This document shows positions 14,370-42,411 of a stretch of DNA of 64,000 nucleotides, piece after piece. The notes beneath the pieces are model-generated. The model worked only from the letters and a program-made list of their open reading frames with translations. It was not told where the DNA came from and did no database searches. The stretch's first letter is position 1, and each line of letters starts with the position of its first letter. Source of the DNA: the human T2T-CHM13v2.0 reference genome, Homo sapiens; assembly GCF_009914755.1 (NCBI RefSeq), contig NC_060938.1; one strand, written 5' to 3'. The position numbers and the translations under genes are program-made.

Positions 14370-14772
14370 GTCATGCACTGCATAATGATGTTTCGGTCAC
14401 CAACAGACCGCATGTATGATGGTGGTCCTTATGGATTATAAAACTCAATTTTTACTGTAGATTTTACATTTATAATACTCTATTTTAGCTGTAGGGATTA
14501 TAATACTTTATTTTTACTGTACCATTTCTATGTTTAGATATGCTTACACAAATATTTACCATTGTATTATAATTGCCTACAATATTCAGTACAGTTACAT
14601 ATTGCACACGTTTGCAGCCTAGAAGCAACAGGCTACACCATACAGCCTAGGTATGTAGTAGACTATGTCACCTAGGTTTCTGTAATACATTCTACGATGT
14701 TCGCACACTGAAGAAATCTCCTACTGATGTATGTCTCAGAATATATCCCCATTTGTTAAATGACACGACTGC
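14370..14772. mobile_element. Tigger3/MER7-type TcMar DNA transposon derivative
   Basis: Termini gtcatgcactgcataatgatgtttcggtc and gttaaatgacacgactg match recalled Tigger3 ends. Confidence 0.75.
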
Positions 14773-15194
14773 ATAATTAGCTTCACTTTCTTTTGATTAA
14801 TGTTAGCATAGTATACCTTTTGCCATCTCTTCATTTTTAATCTGTCTAATCTATGTATCTTTATATTTTAAAGGGACTTCTTATAGTCAACATATAGTTG
14901 AGGCTTGTTCCTTTATCTGTTGAGACAGTCTTTGTCTTTTAATTGGTTTATTTAGACAGCTAATGTTTAAAGTGATTACTGCTATAGTTAACACTGTACC
15001 ACATTTGTTCCGGTTTTCTATTCAGTGCCTTTCTTTTTTTATATTCCACTCTTTACTGCCTCCTCTGGTTCTGAGTATTTTACATGATTCTATTTTTCTC
15101 CCCTCCTAGCATATGAATTACACTACATTTTAAAAAAACCTTTTTTAGTGGTTGCCCCTGAGTTTGCAATATACATTAACAACTAATCCAAGTC

Positions 15195-15518
15195 TTCTTT
15201 TTCTTTTTAAGACAGGGTCACATTCTGTCACCCAAGTGGGAGTGCGGTGGCATAATCTCCGCTCACTGCAGTGTCAACTTCCTGGGCTCAAGAGATCCTC
15301 CTACCTCAGCCTCCTGAGTAGCCGGGAGTACAGATGTGAGCCACCACACCTGACTAATTTTTTGATTTTTTTTGTAGAGACAGAGTTTCACCATGTTACG
15401 TAGGCTGGTCTTGAACTAGGCTCAAGCAACTCCAGCCACCTGGCCTCCCACCTGAACTCCAACCACCCTGGCCTCCCAAAGTGCTGTAATTACAGGCATG
15501 AGCCACTGTACCCCACCC
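15195..15518 (-). mobile_element. Alu (AluJ-like) with small internal duplication
   Basis: Dimer; aactcca(g/a)ccacc-tggcctccca repeated near 15428-15479. Confidence 0.85.
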
Positions 15519-15707
15519 AAGTCCTCTTTTTAAAACAATGCTGTACCACTTTCCAGCTAGACATACTTAAAAGGATTCCCAATTCCTCCTTCTCATCCCT
15601 TAAAATACTGCTGTCAATCATTTCACTATCCACAAGCTATAATCACCTAATATGTTTTCGGTTTGTTGAACAAATCATTAGCTGTTAGATTAATTAAGAA
15701 TAAAAAA

Positions 15708-16017
15708 GGCTGGGCGCGGTGGCTCACGCCTATAATCCCAGCACTTTGGGAGGCCAAGGTGGGTGGATCACTTGAGGTCAGGACTTTGAGACCAGCCTGG
15801 CCAACATGGTGAAACGCCATCTCTACTAAAAATACAAAAATTAGCTGGGCATGGTGGTGCACACCTGTAATCCTAGCTACTCAGGAGGCTGAGGCAGGAA
15901 AATTGCTTGAACCTGGGAGGCGAAGGTTGCAATGAGGCCAGATCACGCCAAGGCACTCCAGCCTGGGTGACAGAGCATGTCTCAAAAAAAAAAAAAAAAA
16001 AGGAAAGAAAAAGAAAA
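15708..16017 (+). mobile_element. Alu (AluS)
   Basis: Full dimer with A tail. Confidence 0.9.
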
Positions 16018-16254
16018 TATTTTATTTTATTTTACTTTCTTTTCCAGTGTTGGTGGTAAGTAAATATTTTACTTTCATTCATTACTTCTCTAACACTCTT
16101 CCATTATTTATGTAGTTTCTGACCTCTATCACTTTCATTCTTTATAAATAATTTCTTTTAACATTTCTTGCAAAGCAAGTATACTGGCAACAGATTCTTT
16201 CCATCTTTGTTCATCTGACAGTCTTTATTTCTCCTTCATTTTTAAATTTGTTAT

Positions 16255-16581
16255 ATTTATTATTTTTCTTAGACTGGAACTTGCTCTGTCACCCAGGCTG
16301 GAGGGCAGTGGTGCAATCATAGCTCACTGTGGCTTCAAACTCTTGGGCTCAAGCAATCATCTCACCTCATTCTCCTGACAAGCTGACTACAGGCACGCGC
16401 CACTGCACCCAGCACATTTTAAAAATTTTTGTAGAGACAGGGTCTCACTATGTTGCTCAGGCTAGCCTCCAACTCCTGGCCTCAAGCAATCCTCCCACCA
16501 CCTCAGTCTAAAGTGCTAAGATTACAAAGTGCTAAGATTACAAAGTGCTAAGATTACAGGCGTGAGTTAATGCACCCAGCC
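16255..16581 (-). mobile_element. Alu (AluJ-like) with 16-bp x3 internal repeat
   Basis: Dimer; AAAGTGCTAAGATTAC x3. Confidence 0.85.
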
Positions 16582-16669
16582 TCTACTTCACTTTTGAAGG
16601 ACAAATAAGCTGGATCTAAAACTCCAGGTTGGTTCATTTTCTTCTCTCACTTCTTTAATAAATGAAGTC

Positions 16670-17130
16670 TAGTAATGTGGAAAGTAGAGAGCAAAGGAGA
16701 AAGGAATAAAATGAGACTGGAAAAGTGGGCAGAGGCCTAATCATGCAGGGCCTTATAAAAATCATGGTAAGATTTTCAATTTTATCCCAAGAGCAATAAA
16801 AGACCACTGAAAAATATAAGCAAATAAGTTACATCAATTTGAAATTATTCTCAATATCACTATGACAAGAAGGTAGAAAACGGATCTGGAGGTTGTGAAA
16901 AACTGATGCAGGGAAGTTAGGAAATTCTTGCAGCAATGTAGATGTAGTGGTGTACTGGACCAAGATAGCAGCAGTGAAAATGTAAAGAAGTGAAGAAAGG
17001 TGAGAGATACTTAGCTCAAGATACAATCATCAGGATATGATGATTCAATCAGAGTTTGGGGATATAGGAGAGAGAGAAGAGTTGAAGCTAACTCCCAGAC
17101 TTCTAGCTTGAGCAACTTGGTTATTCTCTA
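16670..17130 (-). mobile_element. L2 fragment
   Basis: Typical L2 motif gcagggccttata...ggtaagattttcaattttatccc. Confidence 0.65.
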
Positions 17131-17510
17131 TCCCCACTGTTTGTCCTTCATCCCTGGTCCTGACTTTACATTAATAAAGCTACCCACTTCAGGTTCCATT
17201 AGTGTCTTCTTAAACTCACAGTACTCAACATTTCCAAATTAATTCTAAAAACAGTTTTATTAGGTTACTCCCCTTCTCAATGATGAGGAGGAATCCAAAG
17301 TTTTTTGTGTTTACAGGATTATTCAGTAGTTCTTTTTCAGCTTTTACATGTAATAAGCAAAAGGGAAAAGTGAGAAATTATACCAGAAAAATCCATTAAA
17401 ATAAATCAGATTGGTCCCAATACTATAGTAATACTAGAGCATATGGACATGAATTTGTCAGTCTCAGAAGGTCATGAAATTCTTGAGAATAGGAAATAAA
17501 CTGCACTTTA

Positions 17511-20780
<3,270 letters not shown>

Positions 20781-20902
20781 AAGGCTACAAAGGTTCCTCT
20801 CTTTAGAGGGCAAATTAATTTCATATCCTACAGACTTAACCTATAGATATACTTGCATATATGCACAAAATATAGAAGAATACATAAGTATATTCTATAC
20901 CA

Positions 20903-21192
<290 letters not shown>

Positions 21193-21302
21193 TATTCTAC
21201 ACCATTTTTAATAGCACAAAATTATAAAATGTATATTCATCTTCAGGACATAGGTTAAATTTTATAGTACTTCCACGTAATTATGATACAGGAAGTTCCA
21301 AC

Positions 21303-21610
<308 letters not shown>

Positions 21611-22276
21611 TGATATATAATAATCTTTAAGATATATCACTATAGCTTGACTTTATCTCCTAACGCTCTCTTCTTTCCTTACTCCTCCTCAAACACTCAA
21701 AAGCCCTAGAGCATATTCCTAGCTCTGGGACTTTTATTTTTCCTTCTGCCTGGAATGCGCTTTCTCCATTCAGGTCTTTGTTCTTATAGGATAGAATAAG
21801 CTTTCCCTGACCTCCCTACTTAAAACAGTCGTCCTATGTCCTTAGCTCTAACACTTTCTATTCCTTTAACCTGATTGACTTTTCTTCATACCTTTACTAA
21901 CTCCTGACATGTTTATTGGTTTATTTGCTTATTATATTTCTTCCCCAACACTAGAATTGTCAGCTCCAGTGGAATTTACTTGCTTTGTTCACAACTATAT
22001 CCTTAATGCATAGAACAGCAATTCCATAGTGAGTACTTAAAGGAATTTTTTTTCATTCACATATGTAAAGCCATGATTCACAAGATTTTATATGTTATGC
22101 TATAAGCCTGTATCGACATAAAGTATCTTTAGGATTCTCAAGAAACTGGTAATAATGGTTGCCTCTAGTGAGGTGAAATGGGAAGGTGGGGAATAGTGAT
22201 GAGGGAGACTTACTACAATGTATACACTTAATCACAGTCTAAATTTTTAACCATGTACGTTCATGAAAAACATAAA

Positions 22277-23076
<800 letters not shown>

Positions 23077-23491
23077 TTAAAAAATTTTAAAAATATGCCC
23101 AAAGAACATCCTAATTTAATCTGCTGCCCCTTTTTATAACTCCATGCAGCTACCTTTCTTAACAAATTTTTAAGGATTTAACTTTGATAGGCTTGTTCGG
23201 TTCAGACAAAACTGTTTTGACATTAGTACAACTAGAAAGTAATCACTATGAGCTATGAAGTCAGCATGAATATTTTACTCATTACATGCTATGTAAAAGA
23301 CTACAAAGATACACGCCAACATGTTAACAATGATTACTTCTCATTAGACAGCTAATGGGTCTTTATGCTTCCCTAAATGTAACTTTCCACACTAAGCATA
23401 AATTACTTCTATAATCAGAAAAAAATGTACTTTTAAAAAAAGATTTGATTTAAATAAAATAAAAATTTAGACTTAAAAGAACAATTTCTTC

Positions 23492-23794
23492 TTTTTTTTT
23501 GAGACAGAGTCGCCCTCTGTCGCTCCCTCTGTCGCTCCCTCTGTCGCTCCAGGCTTGATCTCTGCCCACTGCAACCTCTGCCGCCTGGGTTCAAGCGATT
23601 CTCCTGCCTCAGCCTCCCGAGCAGCTGGGATTACAGGCACATGCCACCATGCCTGGCTAATTTTTTTTGTATTTTTACTACAGACGGGGTTTCAGCATGT
23701 TGGTCAGGCTGGTCTCGAACTCCTGACCTTGTGATCTGCCCGCCTTGGCCTCCCAAAGTGCTGGGATTACAGGCGTAAGCCACCGCGCCCGGCC
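23492..23794 (-). mobile_element. Alu (AluSg-like) with 12-bp x3 repeat
   Basis: Dimer; CCCTCTGTCGCT x3. Confidence 0.88.
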
Positions 23795-24387
23795 AACAAT
23801 TCTTAATACACAAATATTTTCTATAATTGTGACATTAATATAAAGTGAAGGAAGGCATTTCAAATATAATCATTTTCCTTAGGATTCCAAAAAGTAATTT
23901 TATAGTAAAATTCCCATTATATTCATTTTAATACTACAATAACTTTTTCCCTTATATCTTGTCTTATTCTTCTAGCTTGGAATATACAATTAATGTAATT
24001 CTATGCTTATTTTAAAAGCATAAGACAATTCTGAATATGTGATCCTTTTAAAGGATTTTACATTAACCATGTATTTTAATTCTTTTAAAATCTTTAATCT
24101 CTTATTTTCTTTCTAGTTGTTTCTTCCTTTCAAACCATAATTCTTAACACTTTAGAACCTAATTTTTTATACAAGATGTATCCTTACAATAATGGCTTTA
24201 CATTTCTTTAAAATTAATAGTGTTTTTCACTGATTACCATTAAATACGGATACATTCCCATGGAAAATTCTCTTTTCATAGAAGCATTGATTGTAAACCT
24301 TGGAATAACTTCAGGCAATTTTGTTTCAGGAATGAGCAGTATTATCATTCCCACTACACAGATGAAGTACTTAAAAAGCCTAGAAAA

Positions 24388-24669
24388 GGCTGGGTGCCAT
24401 GGCTCACACCTGTGATCTCAGCACTTTGAGAGGCCAAAGTGGGAGGACTGCTTAAGGCCAGGAACTGAAGACCAGCCTGGGCAACATAGCAAGACCCTGT
24501 CTCTATGAAAAATAAAGTTAGCCTGGCATGGTGGCAGGCGCCTGTAGTCCTAGCTACTCAAGAGGCTCAGGGGAGGCTGAGGTAGGATCACTTTGAGCCC
24601 AGGAGTCCAGGGCTGCAGTGAGCTATGATCCAACAAAGGCAACAGAGCGAGATCTCTCTTTTAAAAAAA
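24388..24669 (+). mobile_element. Alu (AluJ-like) inserted in a MIR
   Basis: TSD aaaaagcctagaaa; MIR-like flanks. Confidence 0.82.
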
Positions 24670-25419
24670 GCCTAGAAACGTTTGGTAGACTGTCCAAGGT
24701 TACCTACCTATTTAGTGATCAAAGAGAGTAAGAAAAGAGATTAGGAAAAAGCCCTCCTTATTTCTCATTGCAGTGCTTTTTCTACTATAATTCAGCCAAG
24801 TTTATAAACCTCTGAGAAAAAGGAATGAGATGGTAGCTAATTCCACAGTACACTGTGCGATTTTATGCCCAGAAATTGTTCCCAACGTTGTTCCTTTGCT
24901 GCTATTTCCCAGGTTATAGAACTTTCTTCCATTTTTTGTTAAAAGCAGCAAGAAACTCAGTAACAGACTCCATGTTGGCCTTAGCTGTCTGCCAGCAGAG
25001 AAAATGAGATTCTTGTTGGAAGTCTGTGAAACTAATCTACTATATAATTGTAGCACAGGAAATTAGCTACCCTAATTTTCCATATTTGTGAGTAAATTCC
25101 TTCAATGAAACCACATCAGTTAATGCTTGAGTTCTGTAAAGTGAATCACAGTTCTACTTCTTCAATTCCGTAAAATAACATTTTAATATTAGGGCTCTCT
25201 ACAGTAAAATAAACCACATAAAAATAATGTCCAATAAATCTTAATAGCATAAAGGGATAACAGCCTATCACTAGACTCTGAGTACTTCTGGAAAAAAGGC
25301 TTTGCTATAGCAGTTTTTCATTTCACAACAATAATCAACTGGTAAGAAAAATTTATATTGATATAAATTGTTACCAAGGACTATAAATGTAGTGCCCTGT
25401 ACCATTCTCATGATTTTCA

Positions 25420-25608
<189 letters not shown>

Positions 25609-26072
25609 TCAATCTCAATATACTGTTACTTGATCAATAATATCTTCAAGTTATGCGTGCTACCTTGCCTCAGAGTCTTAGGTTTGCTCACATAAATTAT
25701 AAAGTAATAAGACAAAACGCTGTGTACTGTAAGGCTTTTATGAGCTTCACTTTATGTATAAATCATATTCCAAAACTGATGCGCAATTTTAAAATTACAC
25801 CATTAGCAATAAGCTATTAGAAATTCTCTGCCACCCACTTGCTTTGGAATAAAAATGAAACATTTAGACAAGAAAAAAAAGACAGGAAAGGTGCTAAACA
25901 AAACCCATCCTGTGGTGATGATTACTAAATCTCTAATCTGCCAATAATAGCCACTTGGGAAATATAGTCCAGGAAAAAGTAGTTTGAGTACATAATACCC
26001 TGGACAAAAGTATGAAATGTGACTTAGATGTAAACTCTAGCTAGCAACTAATATTTAACAATGCAAAATACT

Positions 26073-26370
26073 GGCTGGGAGTAGTAACTCACACCTGTAA
26101 TCCCAGCACTTTGGGAGGTGGAGGTGGGCAGATTGTTTGAGCCCAGGAGTTCAAGACTAGCCTGGGCAACATGGTGAAACCATGTCTCTATAAGAAATAC
26201 AAACAAAAAAATTTAGCTGAGCATGGTGGCCTGTAGTCCCAGCTACTTGGGAAGCTGAAGGTGGGGATCCCTTGAGCCTGGGAGGTCGAGGCTGCAGTGA
26301 GCCATGACTGTGCTACTATACTCTAGCCTAGGAAACAGAGTGAGGCCCTGTCTCAGAAAAAAAAAAAAAG
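26073..26370 (+). mobile_element. Alu (AluJ-like)
   Basis: Full dimer between exons 15 and 16. Confidence 0.87.
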
Positions 26371-26755
26371 CAAAATCCTAACTAACTGAGGATTTTAAAA
26401 ACATATATTAATGATATAATCATTAGGCTACTGCCCCACTCCCTTTTAACATTAGACAGATACATATTTCATGTCTAGGGAATGTTTGCTTTTAGTTAAA
26501 ACTAAGTAAGTGCTTTCAAAAACAATTTTTAAAATAATTATTGTACACATTTTAAATAGAGTAACATTAAACCACCTTCTCAGTTCTAAGAAAAAATTGC
26601 TTACGATAAAAAGGAATGGTATTTTATACATTTTCATTTTGTTTAATTCTTAAAAATAAAATATTTAAGATTCTACTTATTTCACCCTCACCCCTCTCCC
26701 TGGAATGGTTTTCCCTGACTCAATTATTTAAACAAATTTATATAGAGCATCTCTA

Positions 26756-28949
<2,194 letters not shown>

Positions 28950-29414
28950 TTAATAGTTAACTTTCAAATACATACTTCTTATAAAAATTCAAATATTAAA
29001 CATCTTTGAAAGACAATTTCAAATGTTTAGAGTTCCTTAAATATTAAAAATTAAAATTACATTTTATGTATCTACATCAATCATTTAAAATCATTTATCG
29101 GCCACAATATCCTCTCATCAAATAAAAACCTATTCAAAAGCTGAGGAACTGGAAGTGATAATGTGGAGAATGCTCCCGTCTCCGCAACCACAAATTAAGT
29201 AGTGACCTTAAGGAGCTATCTGAAGAACACTCATCTACACAATATAGTTCTACCCAGATGGAATCCAATCAAATCCATCTTTATAATATGGAGAATAACT
29301 ATATCAAATCAATCAAATCCATCTTTATAATATGTTGAGTAACTACATATTGAGAATCATACCAATCTCAATTTCAGAAATTATATGACATCTTAATTAA
29401 TAGATCACAAAGAA

Positions 29415-29560
29415 GCCTGGGCAACACAGCAAGCCTTGTCTCTCAAAAAAAAAAAAAAATTAGCTGGGTGTGGTGGCACATGCCTATAGTCTCAGCTACT
29501 CAGGAGGCTGAGGTGGGCGAATCACTTAAGCCTAGGAGTTTGAGTCTGCAGTGAGCTTGA
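29415..29560 (+). mobile_element. Alu fragment
   Basis: Central linker plus partial arms. Confidence 0.75.
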
Positions 29561-30245
29561 TAATTAATCAAGGGCCATTACTCTATTGTTTCTTTCCACT
29601 CTTTTCATTATGCAGTTTTTTAATCTTTTTTTGTCTGTACTGCAAGTTAAACCAATTCTATTATTATCCTTACCTTGCCTCCTTCTCTTAGATGCTTATT
29701 ATTAAAACCATAAAACTACCTTATTTACACTGATACTTCAAAACTTGATTCAACCACATATGAAAAAGAGGCTAAAGGGACTTTCAGTTGGGTGTATCAG
29801 CCCAATTCTCTATCACAGCCTCCTCCCCTCTGGTTATTTTGCAAGTCCATTCCAGGCATAGCGATACGTGGAACAGTCACTGTGAGAAATGTGGCAGGGG
29901 CGGCAACAGATCCTAGATCTAGATGTCATGGTTCTTCTGAGAAGTCAGAGTAGAATCAAACAGAAAACTATCACTACATTAAAAATATCCTGGACGTATT
30001 AGCAAACAAATGCATGCATTTATTCACGGAATAAAAATCAAAGGTGCCACATTTGTAACCTTATGCTTCTAGCTTAGCTACATGAAATAAAAAGCTATTT
30101 GAAATCAACTACAAATGCAATAAAGCATAGATTTTCCAAATAAATCTTATTTGCTGTCAAACCATAACTCACTCATAAATCATACAATATTTTCACTTTG
30201 TAATACAATAAAAATGATTTTAATTAATAAAGTTTTATAAATTCT

Positions 30246-30375
30246 GGCCAGGTGTGGTGGCTCACACCTGTAATCCCAGTACTTTGGGAGGTGGTCAAGG
30301 CAGGTGGATCGCTTCAGCCCAGGAGCTCAAGAACAGCCTGGGCAACAAGGCGAAACATCTCTCTCTATATAAAAA
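30246..30375 (+). mobile_element. Alu left monomer/FLAM
   Basis: ggccaggtgtggtggctcacacctgtaatccc, monomer only. Confidence 0.8.
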
Positions 30376-30559
30376 TTCAATGTAAAATATATGAAAAACC
30401 TCCCAAAATGCTATTACTTCAAGGGAAGTTTAAAAATTAAGAAAAAAATTCTAAAATTGTTTTCTACATAGCAAGTCAGTCACTATAATCTGGCTCATCA
30501 ATGATTCAAAGTATACAGAAAGAAAAAAAAGGACTAACAAGATAATTGTCCAATGTAGT

Positions 30560-30780
30560 TATTGGCTAATAATAACTTGGGCTCTGAAGTCAGAAAAACC
30601 GTAGTTCAAATCTCTGTCCACTGCTTAACAGCTGTGTGAACAAGGACAAGTTACTTAACTTCCCAGTATTATCTGTATCATAGGGTGCTGTAAGAATTAA
30701 GTAAGAAAATATGTGTAAAGTGCTTAGAAAGCTATGTGGCACAAATAAGTGTCCCAAATGTGTTAATAATAATAACTACA
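30560..30780 (+). mobile_element. MIR
   Basis: ggctctgaagtcaga...gttcaaatc...acaagttacttaacttc...gtaaagtgcttagaa. Confidence 0.75.
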
Positions 30781-30843
30781 TCTATATGCCATTCTATTAA
30801 TACTGTTAGTAAAGAATCTTTTCAAAATATAAAGCCATTTTAT

Positions 30844-30932
30844 ACATAAATTAGGCATATGCTTTGACTAAGTAGTCTTCTTTCTTAAAAAAAATTAGGA
30901 GTACTTAGTCAAAGCATATACCTAATTTATGT
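30844..30932. repeat. 31-bp inverted repeat with 27-nt spacer
   Basis: Arms 30844-30874 and 30902-30932 are 30/31 complementary. Confidence 0.95.
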
Positions 30933-31050
30933 TTTGCCACATGTAGAGGAAAATAAAATACATATAAGAATGTTCATTGTCCTCTCTTTGCCTCAAAACA
31001 GAGAGAAATAACTACATGTCCATCAGTACAGGACTGGTTAAGAAAATTAT

Positions 31051-31053
<3 letters not shown>

Positions 31054-31086
<33 letters not shown>
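31054..31086. repeat. (AT)n microsatellite, ~16 units
   Basis: Uninterrupted AT dinucleotide run. Confidence 0.95.
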
Positions 31087-31089
<3 letters not shown>

Positions 31090-32099
31090 TAATACTATAT
31101 AACTGTGTGTGTGGTTTGATGAGCTAGATATTCACCAAAGGACAAACATCACTACTATCTCTAGAGAGTGAACCTTTGAGCTTTTTTCTTTTTTAAACTT
31201 TTCTTTGTTTGAATTTTATGATAAACATTTCATTTTTACAAAAACTGCAGAACCACTTTCCCATCTCCCCAAAAGGTCTATTTTTCCAATCAATTAGACA
31301 ACTATTTATAGAGCACCAATGATATATAATGTACTATACTAAGAAATGTAGGAAATATAAAAATAAGAAAACCAGTAAATACCTTCTAGGGGTTCTCAGT
31401 TCTATGGTGGTAAACAGATATTTACACAAGTATTTTAGGGATCAAGACAGTTTTCACAAGAACTATACAGAAGTACAAATATAGAATGGAAACAAGTGAA
31501 GAAAAAATTTAAGTAAGGATATGTAGAAACAGGAAGGTGAATCTAAGGGACAGTTACGGTGACAACAGGAAAAACAGCAGAATTAGACATTCTAAAGGAA
31601 AGTTCAGAAGGTGCCCAGGGAGGAACAACTTGATAAAGCTGGGAAGCAGGATCTTATCCTGAAAGCTGGAGGTTAGACTTCAGACAGGAAAAGTAGGCAG
31701 GGCCTGACGGTATACAGCTCTGAATGCCAGATTAAGGATTCAGGCATTCACATATTCAGTCAATCATCAACTTATTCATTAACTCATTCACACACAAGTA
31801 AACTTCATTTACTCATATACATTTGTATGCATGTATTCTTTCCTTAGGGGTTGAGGAGGATGAGGCCATTATATGCTCACTTCAGGAAGACAGTCCAAGG
31901 GGTCTTGCGGAAGTCCGAACAAAGTTTCAGATAAGCTGAAAGGAACTATTGCCACTATGATTAATTTTATATTTATTCAATAATAGGAGCCTCTATAATA
32001 CTGTAAACAAACCCTCTTCACAGACACTATTTCTCTAAAAATTACTATACCTGTGTACACAATAAAAACACATAGACATAAAGGATAAAAATTTTTTTA

Positions 32100-32249
<150 letters not shown>

Positions 32250-32466
32250 CTAAGACAAAAGAAATCATTAGCTATTCACAAAGGAATTTCAATGGCAAAT
32301 TTCTTATTCAAAGAGAAACAGACACTGATCACACTGTGGGTAAATTCTACAAGCTTAATAACTGAAACATAAACTCATTAAACCTACCTATTTTTATGTT
32401 TACCTAGACAAATATAAAGTTAATAGTAGGTACCCAAAGAAAATAAACCAAGTGCAAACAACAGTA

Positions 32467-32773
<307 letters not shown>

Positions 32774-33299
32774 TAAAACACAGTACTTCTAAACTGAGAA
32801 GCTTTAATAACTCTATTGCTATAATAAATTGAAAAAAAAATAAATACACATAGTTTAGAATAAAAGATGACACCTAAATCAGGAAGAATTTTCTGAATGA
32901 GTTGTTCAAAACATTTTATCCTCTTTTTCTTATTTATTTTTATGTTTGTATATCTGTTTTGGTGACAGAAGATTCCATTAGAAAAATTACTATATCCCAT
33001 CAAAATATTAAAATGGAAAAAACTGATTATCACTATGTATGCAGAAAAAGCATTCAACACTTATGACTGAAAACAATTTTTAGCAAACTAAGAAAAAAGC
33101 ACACATTCATTGAAATAAAAAAGAGCATTTATAAAAAAGTATAAAAAAAAGTATATACATAGTAATAGAACTTGAGAAATACCACAAAAAGCCAAGAATA
33201 AGACAAGGGTGCTCACTCTCATCCCATGGATCTGAGGGGCCCAGTAAGCATAAAAGGAAGAGTGGGTGGTAGAGAATAAGTATCAGCAAACTGAAAAGG

Positions 33300-33490
33300 A
33301 AAAGACAAATGGAGCTACGTTCCTGTCTAGGAGAATAGTATTTCAGAAAAAGAGGAAAATCAAGTTTAAAGGACCTGAGGTGAGAGCCTGCCTAACATGC
33401 TTGAGGAACGGCAAGGAGTACAGAGTGAAGTAAACCAGGGGAAAAGCAGTGGAAGATGATGCTGAAAAACAGCCAGAGTATGTGGAGCAG
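33300..33490 (-). mobile_element. L2 fragment (left piece of an interrupted L2)
   Basis: aaggacctgaggtgagagcctgcctaacatgcttgaggaac resembles L2. Confidence 0.55.
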
Positions 33491-33591
33491 AGATTCTCAC
33501 ACTACCTGTAGTGAAAGAACAGGTCTTCCCCAGCCCCAAACTTTTGCAGATCAATCCTATTTTAAAATACAATGAAAAATGAACAGAGATT

Positions 33592-39465
<5,874 letters not shown>

Positions 39466-39649
39466 GACTATCAACTGGGGGAAAAATGAATAGAAAAAAG
39501 GAAATGAAAAAAGAGTAAGACAAAATTCAAATGCAAATTTTTTAACAGAATCAAGAGATATTAAATTATTTCATTTCTAAAGTTTTACTCTGTTTTGCAG
39601 TTATGCTGTGGGCCAGCCCTAGTCTATGCACCACACTCTGAGGAGCAAT

Positions 39650-40490
39650 GATGGCCTTATAGACCATTATAAAGACTTCTGCATTGCTGCCTAGTGATAA
39701 TGGAAAGTCACTGGAGGGTTCTGAGCAGAAAAATGACATAATCTGACTTACATTTTACAGGATCCCTCTGGCCAGAGCAGAGTGACAGGTGGGCAGGGCA
39801 GAAGCAGGGAGACTAATTAGAAATTTACTACAATATTACAGATGAAAGATTAGAGAGAGAAACTTAGACACAAGAGGTAGTGTGTGTGCTGAGCAGTAGT
39901 CAGATTCTGTACACATTATGAAGGGAGAGCTGACAGGATTTGTCATCAAATTAGACAAACGTTAAGGGAAATGGAAAACAGAGTTGCCAGTAAATGAAAC
40001 AAGGAAGACTGCAGGAAAAGCACTCAAATTTGAGATACTTATTAGATAGCCAAGTGAAAATGACAATTTGATATTTGAATATTTTAGTTAAGGATTCACA
40101 GAATTCAGATGAGAGATCCTAGACTACATATAAAAATCTGAAGCTGTAGCATACAGATGATATTTAAAGCCATCTATATGTATGAGACAAGAGAATAAGA
40201 GATTCAAGAACTGATTCCTGGGCACTTCAACATGAAAAGGTCAGGGCTTTACAGAAAAATCAGTGAAAGAATCTGTTTTAAGAAGTGGACAATGAAGTGA
40301 GAAGAAACAGGAGGATATGCTATTCTGGAGGCCAAGCAAAGAAGCATTTCAATGGGGAAGGAATGATCTACTCTGTAAATGCTTCTGATAAATCAAGCAG
40401 GATTAGGAATGAAAAAATGTACATCTGATTTAACAATGTAGAGGTCACATGTGGCCTTGACAAGGACATTTTGATTTAAAAAGTGAATGA
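39650..40490 (-). mobile_element. L2 fragment (right piece)
   Basis: ggccttatagaccattataaagacttc...ggaaagtcactggagggttctgagcag, L2 pattern over ~800 bp. Confidence 0.7.
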
Positions 40491-40492
40491 TT

Positions 40493-40965
<473 letters not shown>

Positions 40966-41215
40966 TCACATATAAAGGACCAGCAAAAAATTAAAATCTG
41001 ACAGTACAAGTAATAGGGAGAACATAAGGAAATGAGAACTCCCAAACACTACTAGAGGGAATGTAAATTATTCTGACAAAGTGGAGAACAATTGGGCGAT
41101 AATAGTAAAGTTATTAATGTACAAATCCTACAACTCAGTAATGCCACTTTTGGTATATAACCTAGGGAAATTTTCCCAGCTGCATATAAAAATACATGTA
41201 TAAGAATGTTCACAG

Positions 41216-41856
<641 letters not shown>

Positions 41857-42069
41857 CTATTTGGAATAGTGAAAAACTGGAAACAAAAGACCATCAACAG
41901 AAAAATGAATAAGTCAAATGTGAAATAAAGTACAATACCACAAAATAGTTAAAATGAATTATGGCTGTATAGTAACAACAAATCTCATAAACAGAATGGC
42001 TAATAAAAAAAATCAGTTGCAGATGACAGTACACCATAACATAATTTATATAACATTTAAAATTATCTA

Positions 42070-42411
<342 letters not shown>

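Noticed and set aside
24802-25056. 84-aa minus-strand ORF downstream of exon 16
   Set aside because: No recognisable RALGAPA1 similarity and no convincing splice-site pair
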